64,000 nucleotides of DNA from Octopus bimaculoides. Its lineage: Eukaryota. The notes under the pieces are model-generated. The model made no database searches, was not told the DNA's origin, and saw nothing but the letters and a program-made list of their open reading frames with translations. The stretch spans positions 78,015,583-78,079,582 of the forward strand of contig NC_068990.1 of assembly GCF_001194135.2 (NCBI RefSeq), read 5' to 3'. This document shows, one piece after another, positions 52,455 through 64,000 of the stretch (position 1 is the stretch's first letter; every line of letters begins with the position of its first letter). The position numbers and the translations under genes are program-made.

Positions 52455-53584
52455 TTAAGATATACAGAATACTATATAAAATAAGTGTTTAAGTCAGTTA
52501 AATTGACTCAAATTTTTCTTTCTCTTTCCTCCCCAAAATATATGACTTTGCTATGAATCCAATGATATAAATCCTTATTTTAATTACTTTATTTATTTTT
52601 ATTCTTGTTTTTTTTTTTTTTAGTCAAAGAAAGTTCCAAAGACATTTGAAAGGGTAAATGGAGGGTGGGGAGGAATTTTTAAATTGGATGGAAACTTTGA
52701 ATGTTTACAACAGAATTGAACTCTGCTAAAAACACCCAAGAGCTGGGGATTGGATAGCAAAATTGGAGAGCAAGAAACAAAACTATCTTGAACTTGAACT
52801 TGAACTACTGTATCTGCCAACATATGAATGTAACTTTCCCATAAATAATTACATATAAAAATACTTACACTACAGCAGATGTTTTTCCTCAATTTCCACT
52901 TTAAAATCACTTTCTCAAAATTTATGATGAAACATATTAAAACACTAAGTGTTTTTCATAAAATATTATTGTAAAATAGGTGTGATTTTTAAACAGGCTC
53001 ACTTTTTATATGCTGGCAAATACAGAATTTAGTTATCTCCCTTCATACTGTGATTTCAGAATGGGATGGGATGTTATTCAAGCACTGATGTTTGATTTAA
53101 TTTACAACTTTATCTACCAAAATTGCGTGGATTAGTGCCAATGTAAGAAATAATTACTATTAATGTTGTTGAGTTCAAACCCTTCAAGGTCAACTTTTCA
53201 TTTCATACTTTTAAAAGAGCAGTGAATTGGCAGAATCATAAGAACATTGGATAAATGCCTTGGGCTATTTAATTAAGGCAATCTACTTTCTGATTTTGAA
53301 TCCCACCAAGGTCAACTATACCTTTCATCCTTCTCAAGTTGATAGAATTAAAATAAATTACTGGTCAAGTACAGGAGTTGATATACCATATTTGATGGCT
53401 TAAAAAAACAAACAGGAATATTATATCCCCCTCATCCCTGCCCATCACAACAATTTCAGGGATGTTTATTTAGGAAAAAATGTTTTTAGAGCATTAAAGC
53501 TTAGGGGAGGCCCATCTTCGCATATAGGACCCAAGGTAAGTTTTTAAAGACTCATTTTTGGGAAAACAGTGCATTGTACTAGTC

Positions 53585-54998
53585 CAGTGGTTTTCAACCA
53601 TTTTTTTTTTTCTTTTTGTCTATGGATTCCTTTGATTTCTATTTTACTCAAGTGGATCCTTATAACCATTCAATGTTTAAAAAAATCCTATAACAGTTTT
53701 ATCAGGTACAGTAAGCTTACCATCATCAATTCATTGCAGAAAAAGTTTACTGTCATCAATTCACCATATTTTTTCTTTATTTTCAATAAAATAGATTTTA
53801 ACTATTATTGGTGAAATACTATGGATATATTTTCCTGGTAAGCTTTCCTTGCAGTGGACTTTCCTCATAGGGAACTTTCTTCATGGTGAACTGATGGTGG
53901 TGAACTTCCCCTGCGGTGAATTGATGGTGGTCAACTTACTTGTAGTTCAGTTTTATAATTGAATATGATTAGGAACTGTATAAAATTAATTGCTAAAATA
54001 TTTTGTGTGTTATAGAAGTATAACTTGTGGGGGCTTGTAGCCTAGCGGTTAGGGTGTTGGACTCATGATCATAAGATTGTGGTTTCAATTCCTGGGCTGG
54101 GCAATGCTTTGTGCTTTTGACCAAAGCACTTCATTTCACGTTGCTCCACTCCACTCAGCTGGCAAAAATGAGTAATCCTGCAGCAGACTGGCATCCCATC
54201 CAGTGGGTAAATATATATATGCTGTGGAAACTGGAAAACCGGCCCTTATGAGTCCGTAGGATTCAACAAGGGTGCTTATGCTTAGAAGTATAACCGATTT
54301 ATTATATGTTATCTTTTATCTTTTACTTGTTTCAGTCATTAGGCTGTCATGGTGGGACACTACTTTGAAATTTTAGTTGAATGAATTGATCTCAGTATTT
54401 CTTTTGTAAGCCTGGTACTTATACTATGAATCTCTTTTGCCAAACTGCAATATATATGTGTGTGTGTGTNNNNNNNNNNNNNNNNNNNNNNNNNNNNNNN
54501 NNNNNNNNNNNNNNNNNNNNNNNNNNNNNNNNNNNNNNNNNNNNNNNNNNNNNNNNNNNNNNNNNNNNNNNNNNNNNNNNNNNNNNNNNNNNNNNNNNNN
54601 NNNNNNNNNNNNNNNNNNNNNNNNNNNNNNNNNNNNNNNNNNNNNNNNNNNNNNNNNNNNNNNNNNNNNNTATATATATATATACATATATATGTGTGTG
54701 TGTGTGTGTGTGTACCTCTTAACAGAGATGGACATATGTTTATATGACAGGCTTCTTTCAGTTTCCATCCACCAAATCCGCTCACAAAGCTTTGCTCAGC
54801 CCAAGGCTATAGTAGAAGACACTTGCCCAAGGTGCCACACAGTGTGACTGAATCCAGAACCATGTGGTTGGAAAACAAGCTTCTTACCACACAGCCATGC
54901 TTACACCTAGCTACCCCTGTGCCTAGTCATGCGTGTGCATTAAATTTTAACACCAAAATCTTACATGGATCCCCAAGTATCTCAGTTGAGAACCACTG
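53585..54998. mobile_element. hAT-Charlie-like MITE expanded by nested SINE C and SINE AB insertions
   Basis: Left TIR cagtggttttcaac and right TIR gttgagaaccactg; subterminal sequence matches 11525-11988. No clean TSD. Confidence 0.6.
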
Positions 54999-55165
54999 CT
55001 AGATGCCATCAAATATGGTTATTGACTATTTTCTTCCCTCCAAATTTTTAGCATGATGCCTATGTTAGAAACAATTATTGTTGTTAATCTTACTGTTATA
55101 GATATTATTTTTGTCATGATTATTTTAATATTTCCTTTTTTTATTCTTTTTTGTCTTTCTTCTAG

Positions 55166-55311
55166 TTTGTTCAACACCATCAACTGAAATGACTCCTCCT
55201 ACTTTGGACTCGAGACCGTCACAGAAACCAACAACTCCAGAGGTACAAGCCCTCAATGAAGAAACTAGTAAGGAACAGACAAATGCAGGCGGAGCTGACC
55301 GAAGCCTCTAG
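55166..55311 (+). CDS. SYDE: Probable terminal coding exon of the same RhoGAP gene (S/T/P/E-rich tail)
   Basis: Long pyrimidine tract ttattcttttttgtctttcttcTAG|. With the phase-1 A from 17066 it reads I-CSTPSTEMTPPTLDSRPSQKPTTPEVQALNEETSKEQTNAGGADRSL* (47 full codons, TAG at 55309-55311) in non-repetitive, coding-like sequence. Linkage is inferred from strand and phase, not from homology. Confidence 0.7.
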
Positions 55312-55706
55312 GATACAGCTGAATGTAGGAATTTTCACCACAGCTCTGCCTTCCCCAACTATAGGAGAAAACGGTCTTACAACTTACATTAAAGAAGTGG
55401 GGGGGGTGTTGTAGGAAGGTAGGAAAGCCTGAGGAATTGGAGTTGTGCCTCCCCTACTGCTGCTGCTGTTGCTGTTGCTGCTACAAATTATGGGTGTGGC
55501 TAGTAAACACAATACCACATGAAAGTACATGTATTTATTGCATCTATGTGCATGTGAGTCTATATACATGTACCTGTACATGTGTGTGTATATGTGTGTG
55601 TGCGTATGTGTGTGTGAATATTAATTTGAGTTAATATGAGTGCCAAAAACTCAATACTCCCTACTTAATTTTTTAAAAATTTGTTCTATGATTCACAATC
55701 ATATAT

Positions 55707-55740
<34 letters not shown>

Positions 55741-56154
55741 NNNNNNNNNNNNNNNNNNNNNNNNNNNNNNNNNNNNNNNNNNNNNNNNNNNNNNNNNNNN
55801 NNNNNNNNNNNNNNNNNNNNNNNNNNNNNNNNNNNNNNNNNNNNNNNNNNNNNNNNNNNNNNNNNNNNNNNNNNNNNNNNNNNNNNNNNNNNNNNNNNNN
55901 NNNNNNNNNNNNNNNNNNNNNNNNNNNNNNNNNNNNNNNNNNNNNNNNNNNNNNNNNNNNNNNNNNNNNNNNNNNNNNNNNNNNNNNNNNNNNNNNNNNN
56001 NNNNNNNNNNNNNNNNNNNNNNNNNNNNNNNNNNNNNNNNNNNNNNNNNNNNNNNNNNNNNNNNNNNNNNNNNNNNNNNNNNNNNNNNNNNNNNNNNNNN
56101 NNNNNNNNNNNNNNNNNNNNNNNNNNNNNNNNNNNNNNNNNNNNNNNNNNNNNN

Positions 56155-56207
<53 letters not shown>

Positions 56208-56268
56208 CTGAATATGCAACTGTATAATCTGTTAATACATAGATGCATATTATTAATGTATATAGTGA

Positions 56269-56300
<32 letters not shown>

Positions 56301-56506
56301 TACATATGCATGAATGTCTGTAGTGTTTATTTCGGTTACTTGTTCTTTAGTTGGTTTTAAACCACTGCAGTTTTCACCTCACATTGTCACAGCTCCACTA
56401 TGTATGTATTTATGTATGCATGTATATAAGGATGTATGTAATCTTAATATCAGTAGATATGTGATACAGATTTGGGACATGTCTCTTAAAACATGTCAGT
56501 AGTTAT

Positions 56507-56720
56507 GTAAGGCAGCCGAGCTGGCAGAATCATTAGCATGCCAGAGAAAATGCTTAGCAGCAATTTCATTTATCTTTGTTCTGAGTTCAAATTCTGCCAA
56601 GGTTGACTTTGCTTTTCATCCTTTTGGAGTCGATAAAATAAGTACCAGTTAAGCACTGGGATCGATGTAATCGATTTAACCCCTTCTCCAAAATTGTTGG
56701 CTTTGTGCTAAAATTTGAAA
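56507..56720 (+). mobile_element. SINE family D in the putative 3' UTR
   Basis: gtaaggcagccgagctggcagaatc...gttcaaattctgccaaggttgactttgcttttcatcc...gataaaataagtaccag. Other copies lie near 330, 18060, 47320, 48710, 50660, 51135, 51610, 53170 and 60050. Confidence 0.85.
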
Positions 56721-56951
56721 TTAATATCAGTAGGTATACTCCTTTTGCTTTCCATCTCCCTCCTCTTTCTCCATCTTGTACAGGTTTTCGTTTTTGTATT
56801 GAAATATAATTTACTTCTATTGACCCTTTGTGAGCAAGGTTTCCTGTTTTGTCTGTTTTCGTAGGGGAGAGGAAGGGAGGTATGTTTGTCGTAACTGATA
56901 ACAAGATTACAAGCTTTGATATTATATCTTTGTTTTATAAGTTTCATGGAA

Positions 56952-56957
56952 AATAAA
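56952..56957 (+). promoter_or_regulatory. Candidate polyadenylation signal AATAAA
   Basis: First AATAAA I found after the stop at 55311, with an ATTAAA about 30 nt downstream. Such hexamers are common in AT-rich DNA, and a gap lies in between. Confidence 0.25.
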
Positions 56958-57915
56958 ATAAGATCCCTTGTAATGTTTCAAATATTAAAAAAAGAGAACA
57001 TTTCATTGTATTTATAAATGCATATCTACATGTGCATACATGTGTAAGGTGGGGAGAAAAAGAGAGAAATAGAGAGAAAGAGCATGTGTGTATATCTATG
57101 CATGGTATTGTACGAGTATGTATAGTTGTGTGTGTATGTGTGTTTGTACACGCTTGTGTGCACACTTGATCAAACACATGCACATGAGTATGTGAGTGTT
57201 TGAATGTGTGCTTCATTGTACAAGTAAGTGTGTATGTGATACAGATTTGGGTCATGTCTCTAAGAACATGTCAAATATGTTTTCACCCTTTTTGAGAACT
57301 CAAGCCATTACATCTGCAAGAGATTCCAATTTGGGCCTCATAAATTGGAAACATTCATTTCAACACAGCAGTTTTTTTCCAAATTGTGACCTCATTGTTG
57401 AATTAGTTGTTTTCTAACCACAGAAATCAATTTTTGTTGTGGTTTCAAAGCAGAATATCATTTGATTAATATGATTCAGGAACATAAAGCCATATGATTC
57501 TTATTGTCTATAATAAGGAAAGAGTAAGGAATTTTCAGAAAGAAATGGTTACTTTCTACATTAAGTATTCTGAGATATAATGGATTCTCCATCAGGTTTA
57601 GCCAATAAGCACCCAATTATTCTATCAACTGATTAATTATTCTATCAACTAACTACCTACTCATTAAATTAATGTATAAGTAGCATGTATTCCACAGACA
57701 TGCATGTAATTAATGTAATACTCAAGACAGAGTTAGTATGATACAATTTGTGACAAGGCCGGACTTTTAAATTACAGATACAGTCCATCCAATGGGCTTC
57801 CATATAGTTTCTGTAGGCCAAATCTCACTTATAGGGTTTGGGTTAACTCTAAGATATGGTAAAAGACACTTTCCCAGGATACCATGCAGTGGGATTGAAA
57901 AGTGAGCTTATTAAC

Positions 57916-58012
57916 TCCTTGGCCATGCCTACACCTAAGGATTCTGTATACACACATTTTGTATACACACATTCCTTAGCCATGCCTACACCTAAGGATT
58001 TTGTATATACAC
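57916..58012. repeat. Local tandem duplication of about 41 bp with a 15-bp sub-duplication
   Basis: tcctt(g/a)gccatgcctacacctaaggatt(c/t)tgtata occurs twice. Confidence 0.9.
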
Positions 58013-58073
58013 ACACATACAAAACTCTCTTCATGGGCAATATTCAAATACTGGTCCCCGGAAAGTGTTTAAA

Positions 58074-58128
<55 letters not shown>

Positions 58129-60665
58129 GCATGCATGCACACACACACACACACACATACATATATGTTTGAAACAGTCTAATGAAGGCTAAGAAGGCCA
58201 AAACTTCAAAGTCACTATCAATGCTATTCTTGTGTTTACAATAACTTGACACAAAAAGAAACATTAAGATACTCACATATATATAATGCACACAATAACT
58301 GAGATGGCTGACACCTCTCACTTGCAATGTTTACATATTTTTGCTATAGAAGAAAAACAGCTTTTTATACAATGAGGCCTAACCTATACAAATGACAGAT
58401 AGAAGGACAATCAATAGATGATATTGCTTTGAAAGTGGCACAACCCAATCCCAAAGCTCAGTCATCAGTGATGTAGCAGTGCTATTAATAATAATAATTA
58501 TAAATATTATACGTTGTATATATTATATTATTATATGTTTTATACATATATATATATATATAATGAACTCCCCTGTTGATTATTCATATATACGCATATA
58601 GATAAATATATATATGTACATATATATATATATATAATGAANNNNNNNNNNATATATATATATATATATATATATACATAGAGGGTGATAGGTCCATTCC
58701 AATAGACAAAGATTAAAAAAACATTTCAATACAAGTTGTATAAAATAGAGTACCACCCAGAGTTCAAATTTATGAAATATTCTTTACAGAGACACCTCTG
58801 TTTCATAGGTCCATGATACATCTATATATTTGTTATTGATGAGCCTCGATAAGGGCCTGGCATATGATCGTTCATTTAGAGCACCATATGGTCTACTGCA
58901 CTCTACTGCTTGCATCCACAAAATATAATCATGCTGCTATACGCATAATAATATGATGCAGATGTACAGACTGTAGCATCCATAAAGTATTTTTAAAAAC
59001 TGACAATCTGTTGGATATGATGACACAGGTTCTAGTTCATCCAATCTACGAAACAGCTCATGAAATTAACATTCAAGTGGCTGAGCCAGCCACAAACATG
59101 GCACGCCCTTAATGTAGTTCTCGGGGAGATTCAGCTTGAGACAGAATGTGACAAGGATGGCTCTTTGAATAACAGGCACTACTCATTTTTTCCAGCTGAG
59201 TGGATTGGAGAAATGTGAAATAAGTGTCTTCCTCAAGGGCACCTTGCGCCGCCAGGAACTAAAGTCATGACCTAACGATTGTGAGCCAAGTACCTTAACT
59301 ACTACGCCATGCACCTCCACTTAGCATATATATCAGGATTAAATAACAAGAGAAAACAAGAGCGATTAATCTAGTTATTTCCTCCTTTACATAAGTTTCA
59401 CTGGTATATAATTAGTGAGCACCAGTGATAAGTTTTATTATAATTTCTTGACAGCAGGTGACAGCTTGGGTTCACTTAGAATCTTTTATCTGGTAAATAT
59501 TCTAAGGTTTATTTATGTTCTTTTATTCCTTTCCTGATTCAGCCAGTTTACTTTGGCCATTCTAAAGTGGGGAGGCACTTACTTGTTGGTATATTTTGTT
59601 TTGTATTTTCCTAATTTTCATCAATACATTTGTAATTATTTTTTTCAGTTTTGTGTATGTATGTGTGTTTGTTAGTGGATGTAAAGGTTCATATATATGT
59701 GTTTGTGTGTGTGTGTGTGTATGCTGTTATTCCTGCTGTTGTCACAATGGTTATAATAGTCAATTCAGAAGTTGTTTTTGAGGTTGTGGTGCTGTTGTTG
59801 TTGTTGTTGTTTTTGCTATTGCTTTTGTTATTGGGTTGTCACATGAGTAAACCTTACTCAAGCAGGTTGCACCTTGGCATAGAGAGGCCCAACCAAATTA
59901 CGAAACTATGTATTTCTTGGGTTCTTGTTGCCACACTTCAGCCTAGTCTAATCTGGAACCACCAATGCTGCATATTGAAGGGTAGTAGTGGATTGACACA
60001 AACAGCAGAGAGATAACAGGCAAAAAAAAAAATCCTCTACATATTGTACCCTTACATTCTGAGTTCAAATCTTGCCAAAGTCAACTTTGCCTTTAATCTG
60101 AAACTACAAGTCAAAAAAATGAGCACAATTTGAGTACTTGGGTTGATATAATTGACTGTACCCATCATCCCTTATAGGTTGAAACCTTGTGCCTATCTTA
60201 GAAATCAATACCACACATTCTGTTATTCAGCAGCTGATTTAATTGTCAAAATGGTGAGCTGTGCAGTTTGGCTCTCAAGGCACATAATTTATGTCTAAAT
60301 GGAAAGCCAATATCTAAATGTTTCAGTCACAGATCAAGTATCAAAGCCATCCATTTCATTATAGAAGATCACTGTTTAAATTATTAGATATTTTTTCCAC
60401 TCACAGAAATATAACATGACTCAATTTTTGGTTCTTACCATATTACTTTTCACCAATGCAAACCATCACTTTGGCTTTGTAAATTCTAGTAATTTTATTC
60501 TCATATTTATGTGTATTTATGTGTGATATATATATATGTGTGATAAATATTTATGTATGTAGGTATGCATGTAAGTATATATGTTGGTGCATGTATGTAT
60601 GTGCATTTGCATGTTTATACATTACATGCATACATATATGTAAGGGTGTATGTATACGTGTGTGC

Positions 60666-60723
<58 letters not shown>

Positions 60724-60869
60724 ATCAAACTTAAAATATGACTATAATTATACTTTAAGAAAAACTATAAAAAAAATTAAAACAAACAAAAATAACAATA
60801 ACCTATAAACATAGGACACACCCTACACTAGCATTTAATTTCCGTTCACTAAAGAACTTCATTTTCTTT

Positions 60870-61097
60870 GAGAAACACCTAACTTTCTTTGAGCAATCAC
60901 TATGATTTTTTTTTTTTTAGTAAACATCCAAATTTTGTTCAGTGAACACTCCAGTTCTATTTCATAAATACTCATTTTGTTTATCGGTGATTGTGTTCAG
61001 TAAACAACCTGAATTTTTTTTGCAGTGAACACTGGAAATTTTTCAATGAACACACTTGATTTTTTTTTAGTGGACAGCCTAGATTTTTTTTTTTTTT
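60870..61097. repeat. Degenerate ~24-bp tandem repeat running into a gap
   Basis: Recurrent tttt(c/t)agt(g/a)aacac units. Confidence 0.7.
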
Positions 61098-61789
61098 NNN
61101 NNNNNNNNNNNNNNNNNNNNNNNNNNNNNNNNNNNNNNNNNNNNNNNNNNNNNNNNNNNNNNNNNNNNNNNNNNNNNNNNNNNNNNNNNNNNNNNNNNNN
61201 NNNNNNNNNNNNNNNNNNNNNNNNNNNNNNNNNNNNNNNNNNNNNNNNNNNNNNNNNNNNNNNNNNNNNNNNNNNNNNNNNNNNNNNNNNNNNNNNNNNN
61301 NNNNNNNNNNNNNNNNNNNNNNNNNNNNNNNNNNNNNNNNNNNNNNNNNNNNNNNNNNNNNNNNNNNNNNNNNNNNNNNNNNNNNNNNNNNNNNNNNNNN
61401 NNNNNNNNNNNNNNNNNNNNNNNNNNNNNNNNNNNNNNNNNNNNNNNNNNNNNNNNNNNNNNNNNNNNNNNNNNNNNNNNNNNNNNNNNNNNNNNNNNNN
61501 NNNNNNNNNNNNNNNNNNNNNNNNNNNNNNNNNNNNNNNNNNNNNNNNNNNNNNNNNNNNNNNNNNNNNNNNNNNNNNNNNNNNNNNNNNNNNNNNNNNN
61601 NNNNNNNNNNNNNNNNNNNNNNNNNNNNNNNNNNNNNNNNNNNNNNNNNNNNNNNNNNNNNNNNNNNNNNNNNNNNNNNNNNNNNNNNNNNNNNNNNNNN
61701 NNNNNNNNNNNNNNNNNNNNNNNNNNNNNNNNNNNGTCTAAACATACATATATATAAAAAATTAAAAAATTAAAAATTCTACTTGGAAA

Positions 61790-62251
61790 GAATAATAATA
61801 ATAATAATGATGATAATAATAATAATGATAATGATAATAATAATAAAAATAATCACAGTAATTATGTTTCAAAACACGACAAAAAAAGAGAGAAAAAAGG
61901 AGTAGGAGGAGGGGAAGAAGCGGAAGGAGGAAAAAGTAAAAAAGCAAAGAAAAAGAAAGAAAAAGAAAATGAAGAAGAGAAGAAAGATAAGATTAAAATG
62001 GAGAGGGTTAAACGTTTTCTTAATTACATGCAAAAAGAAAAAATATTATGTCATTTTTTTCTCTCAAATTACAATGATAAATGATGATGATGATGAAGTT
62101 ATAATATTGAATAAAAATGATAATGATGATATTCATGATGATGGTGATAAAGGTGGAACATATAAAAAAAAAAAAACAAGATCAAGGTTTAAAAAAAAAA
62201 ACAGACATAATCCTGAAGATGATTATGATGATTATGATGATTATGATTGTT

Positions 62252-62282
<31 letters not shown>

Positions 62283-62290
62283 CGATGATA
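61790..62290. repeat. Low-complexity (AAT)/(GAT)/A-rich region
   Basis: Directly visible. Confidence 0.9.
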
Positions 62291-62398
62291 AACAGGAGAT
62301 AAAAGATAATCCAATGTATGGGGTAGATGGTGAGGGCAAGTGGGGAATTTTGAAGTGTAATGTTGAGCAAAAATATCTAGCAATTAAATAAAAGTGAA

Positions 62399-62475
<77 letters not shown>

Positions 62476-63272
62476 CAGACATATATATACATATAATATA
62501 CATACATATAGACATATGTACATATAATTTNNNNNNNNNNNNNNNNNNNNNNNNNNNNNNNNNNNNNNNNNNNNNNNNNNNNNNNNNNNNNNNNNNNNNN
62601 NNNNNNNNNNNNNNNNNNNNNNNNNNNNNNNNNNNNNNNNNNNNNNNNNNNNNNNNNNNNNNNNNNNNNNNNNNNNNNNNNNNNNNNNNNNNNNNNNNNN
62701 NNNNNNNNNNNNNNNNNNNNNNNNNNNNNNNNNNNNNNNNNNNNNNNNNNNNNNNNNNNNNNNNNNNNNNNNNNNNNNNNNNCACACACACACGCACACA
62801 CACACACACATACACACACCTACACACACATATATATATATATATATATAAAGAAAAATCAAAGAGAAATCAGCACTAACTAGAAGCGATTTGTTTGAGT
62901 GATTGTTTTTTTTTTTGTTTATGGAACAGCTTTTGTTTTATATGAGTATTTTTATTCATTTGTTCACACCCATATGGTATCTCTACAATCACACTCCACC
63001 AATGCTACTTGTTCATTCTGAATGTACATATTTAAATATAACCAAATACATTTACGGATGCAGAAGAACAGAAATTGTAAAATGGGTGTGTATGCTTGTT
63101 TTATTTCTTGTCTTTAGTAAACTTAATATGAAAATTGTTTTCCTCTACACCACCCCAGTATGCAGCCCCCAATTCCAATGTACACAAATATACATGCATA
63201 CATAAATGTATATATATGTGTGTATGCATTTATGTATATATATATAGACACATGTATATATCCATCTGTGTG

Positions 63273-63326
<54 letters not shown>

Positions 63327-63446
63327 NNNNNNNNNNNNNNNNNNNNNNNNNNNNNNNNNNNNNNNNNNNNNNNNNNNNNNNNNNNNNNNNNNNNNNNNNN
63401 NNNNNNNNNNNNNNNNNNNNNNNNNNNNNNNNNNNNNNNNNNNNNN

Positions 63447-63498
<52 letters not shown>

Positions 63499-63907
63499 GT
63501 ATACATACATATGTGTGTGTGTTTGTGCATGTGTATGTGTGTGCGTGTGTGTATCAGAAGCTCATTGTCATGGAACTGTAAGCTTTGGAGCAAAATTATT
63601 ATTTCGCCTCACATAACATAATATAATATAATATAATATGATGCATTTATACGCATGTATACACAAATATACACATGTATATATATATGTATCATATTAT
63701 GTCATATTAGCCAAAATTATAATATTGCTCTATGGCTTACAAATCCATGACAATGTGCTTCTCATATGTTTTATAACAGGATTGGCACAAAACACTTCTT
63801 CTCCGAGTTACTGCCTCGCCATGATTAACAAAACAACAATAAAATTTTTAAAACTCTGCTTTATGTATCAAGTTCAATTTATTCCATTTGTGAAACAAAA
63901 CACCCAC

Positions 63908-63942
<35 letters not shown>

Positions 63943-64000
63943 TATATATACACACTCACTTCAGTATATATAGATATATATATATTTGTATACATATATA

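Noticed and set aside
53474-53535. 62-nt pseudo-exon with strong donor CAAG|GTAAGT, open in phase 1
   Set aside because: Poor pyrimidine tract, frameshifts the terminal exon, and no homology support.
61969-62391. 140-aa K/D-rich ORF
   Set aside because: Low-complexity (GAT)/(A)-rich DNA.

Overview
Eukaryotic, AT-rich, microsatellite-saturated animal DNA with 21 N-gaps (about 5 kb in total, mostly bordered by (TA)n or (CA)n). The repeat families look like those of octopod cephalopods (inference from recalled repeat sequences). Only two credible host coding exons are visible, both on +. The first is a RhoGAP C-terminal exon of a Syd-1/RhoGAP100F/SYDE-family gene (16868-17066). The second is a phase-compatible terminal exon (55166-55311), 38 kb downstream. 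The rest is intron, 3' flank and mobile-element debris: at least four tRNA-type SINE families, 3' fragments of RTE, CR1/L2-like and R4/Dong-like LINEs, hAT, mariner and piggyBac-type MITEs, a probable decayed MULE, and fold-back elements. The most interesting signal is a set of hammerhead-ribozyme-like motifs from about five sequence-distinct families, several arranged as divergent inverted pairs, probably Penelope-like-element derivatives; the copy at 45384-45426 (-) has an intact catalytic core. A candidate 39-nt stop-codon cassette exon lies mid-intron (30387-30425). No prokaryotic features, CRISPR arrays, rRNA or genuine tRNA genes were found. All alignments and folds were done by eye, and repeat boundaries are approximate.
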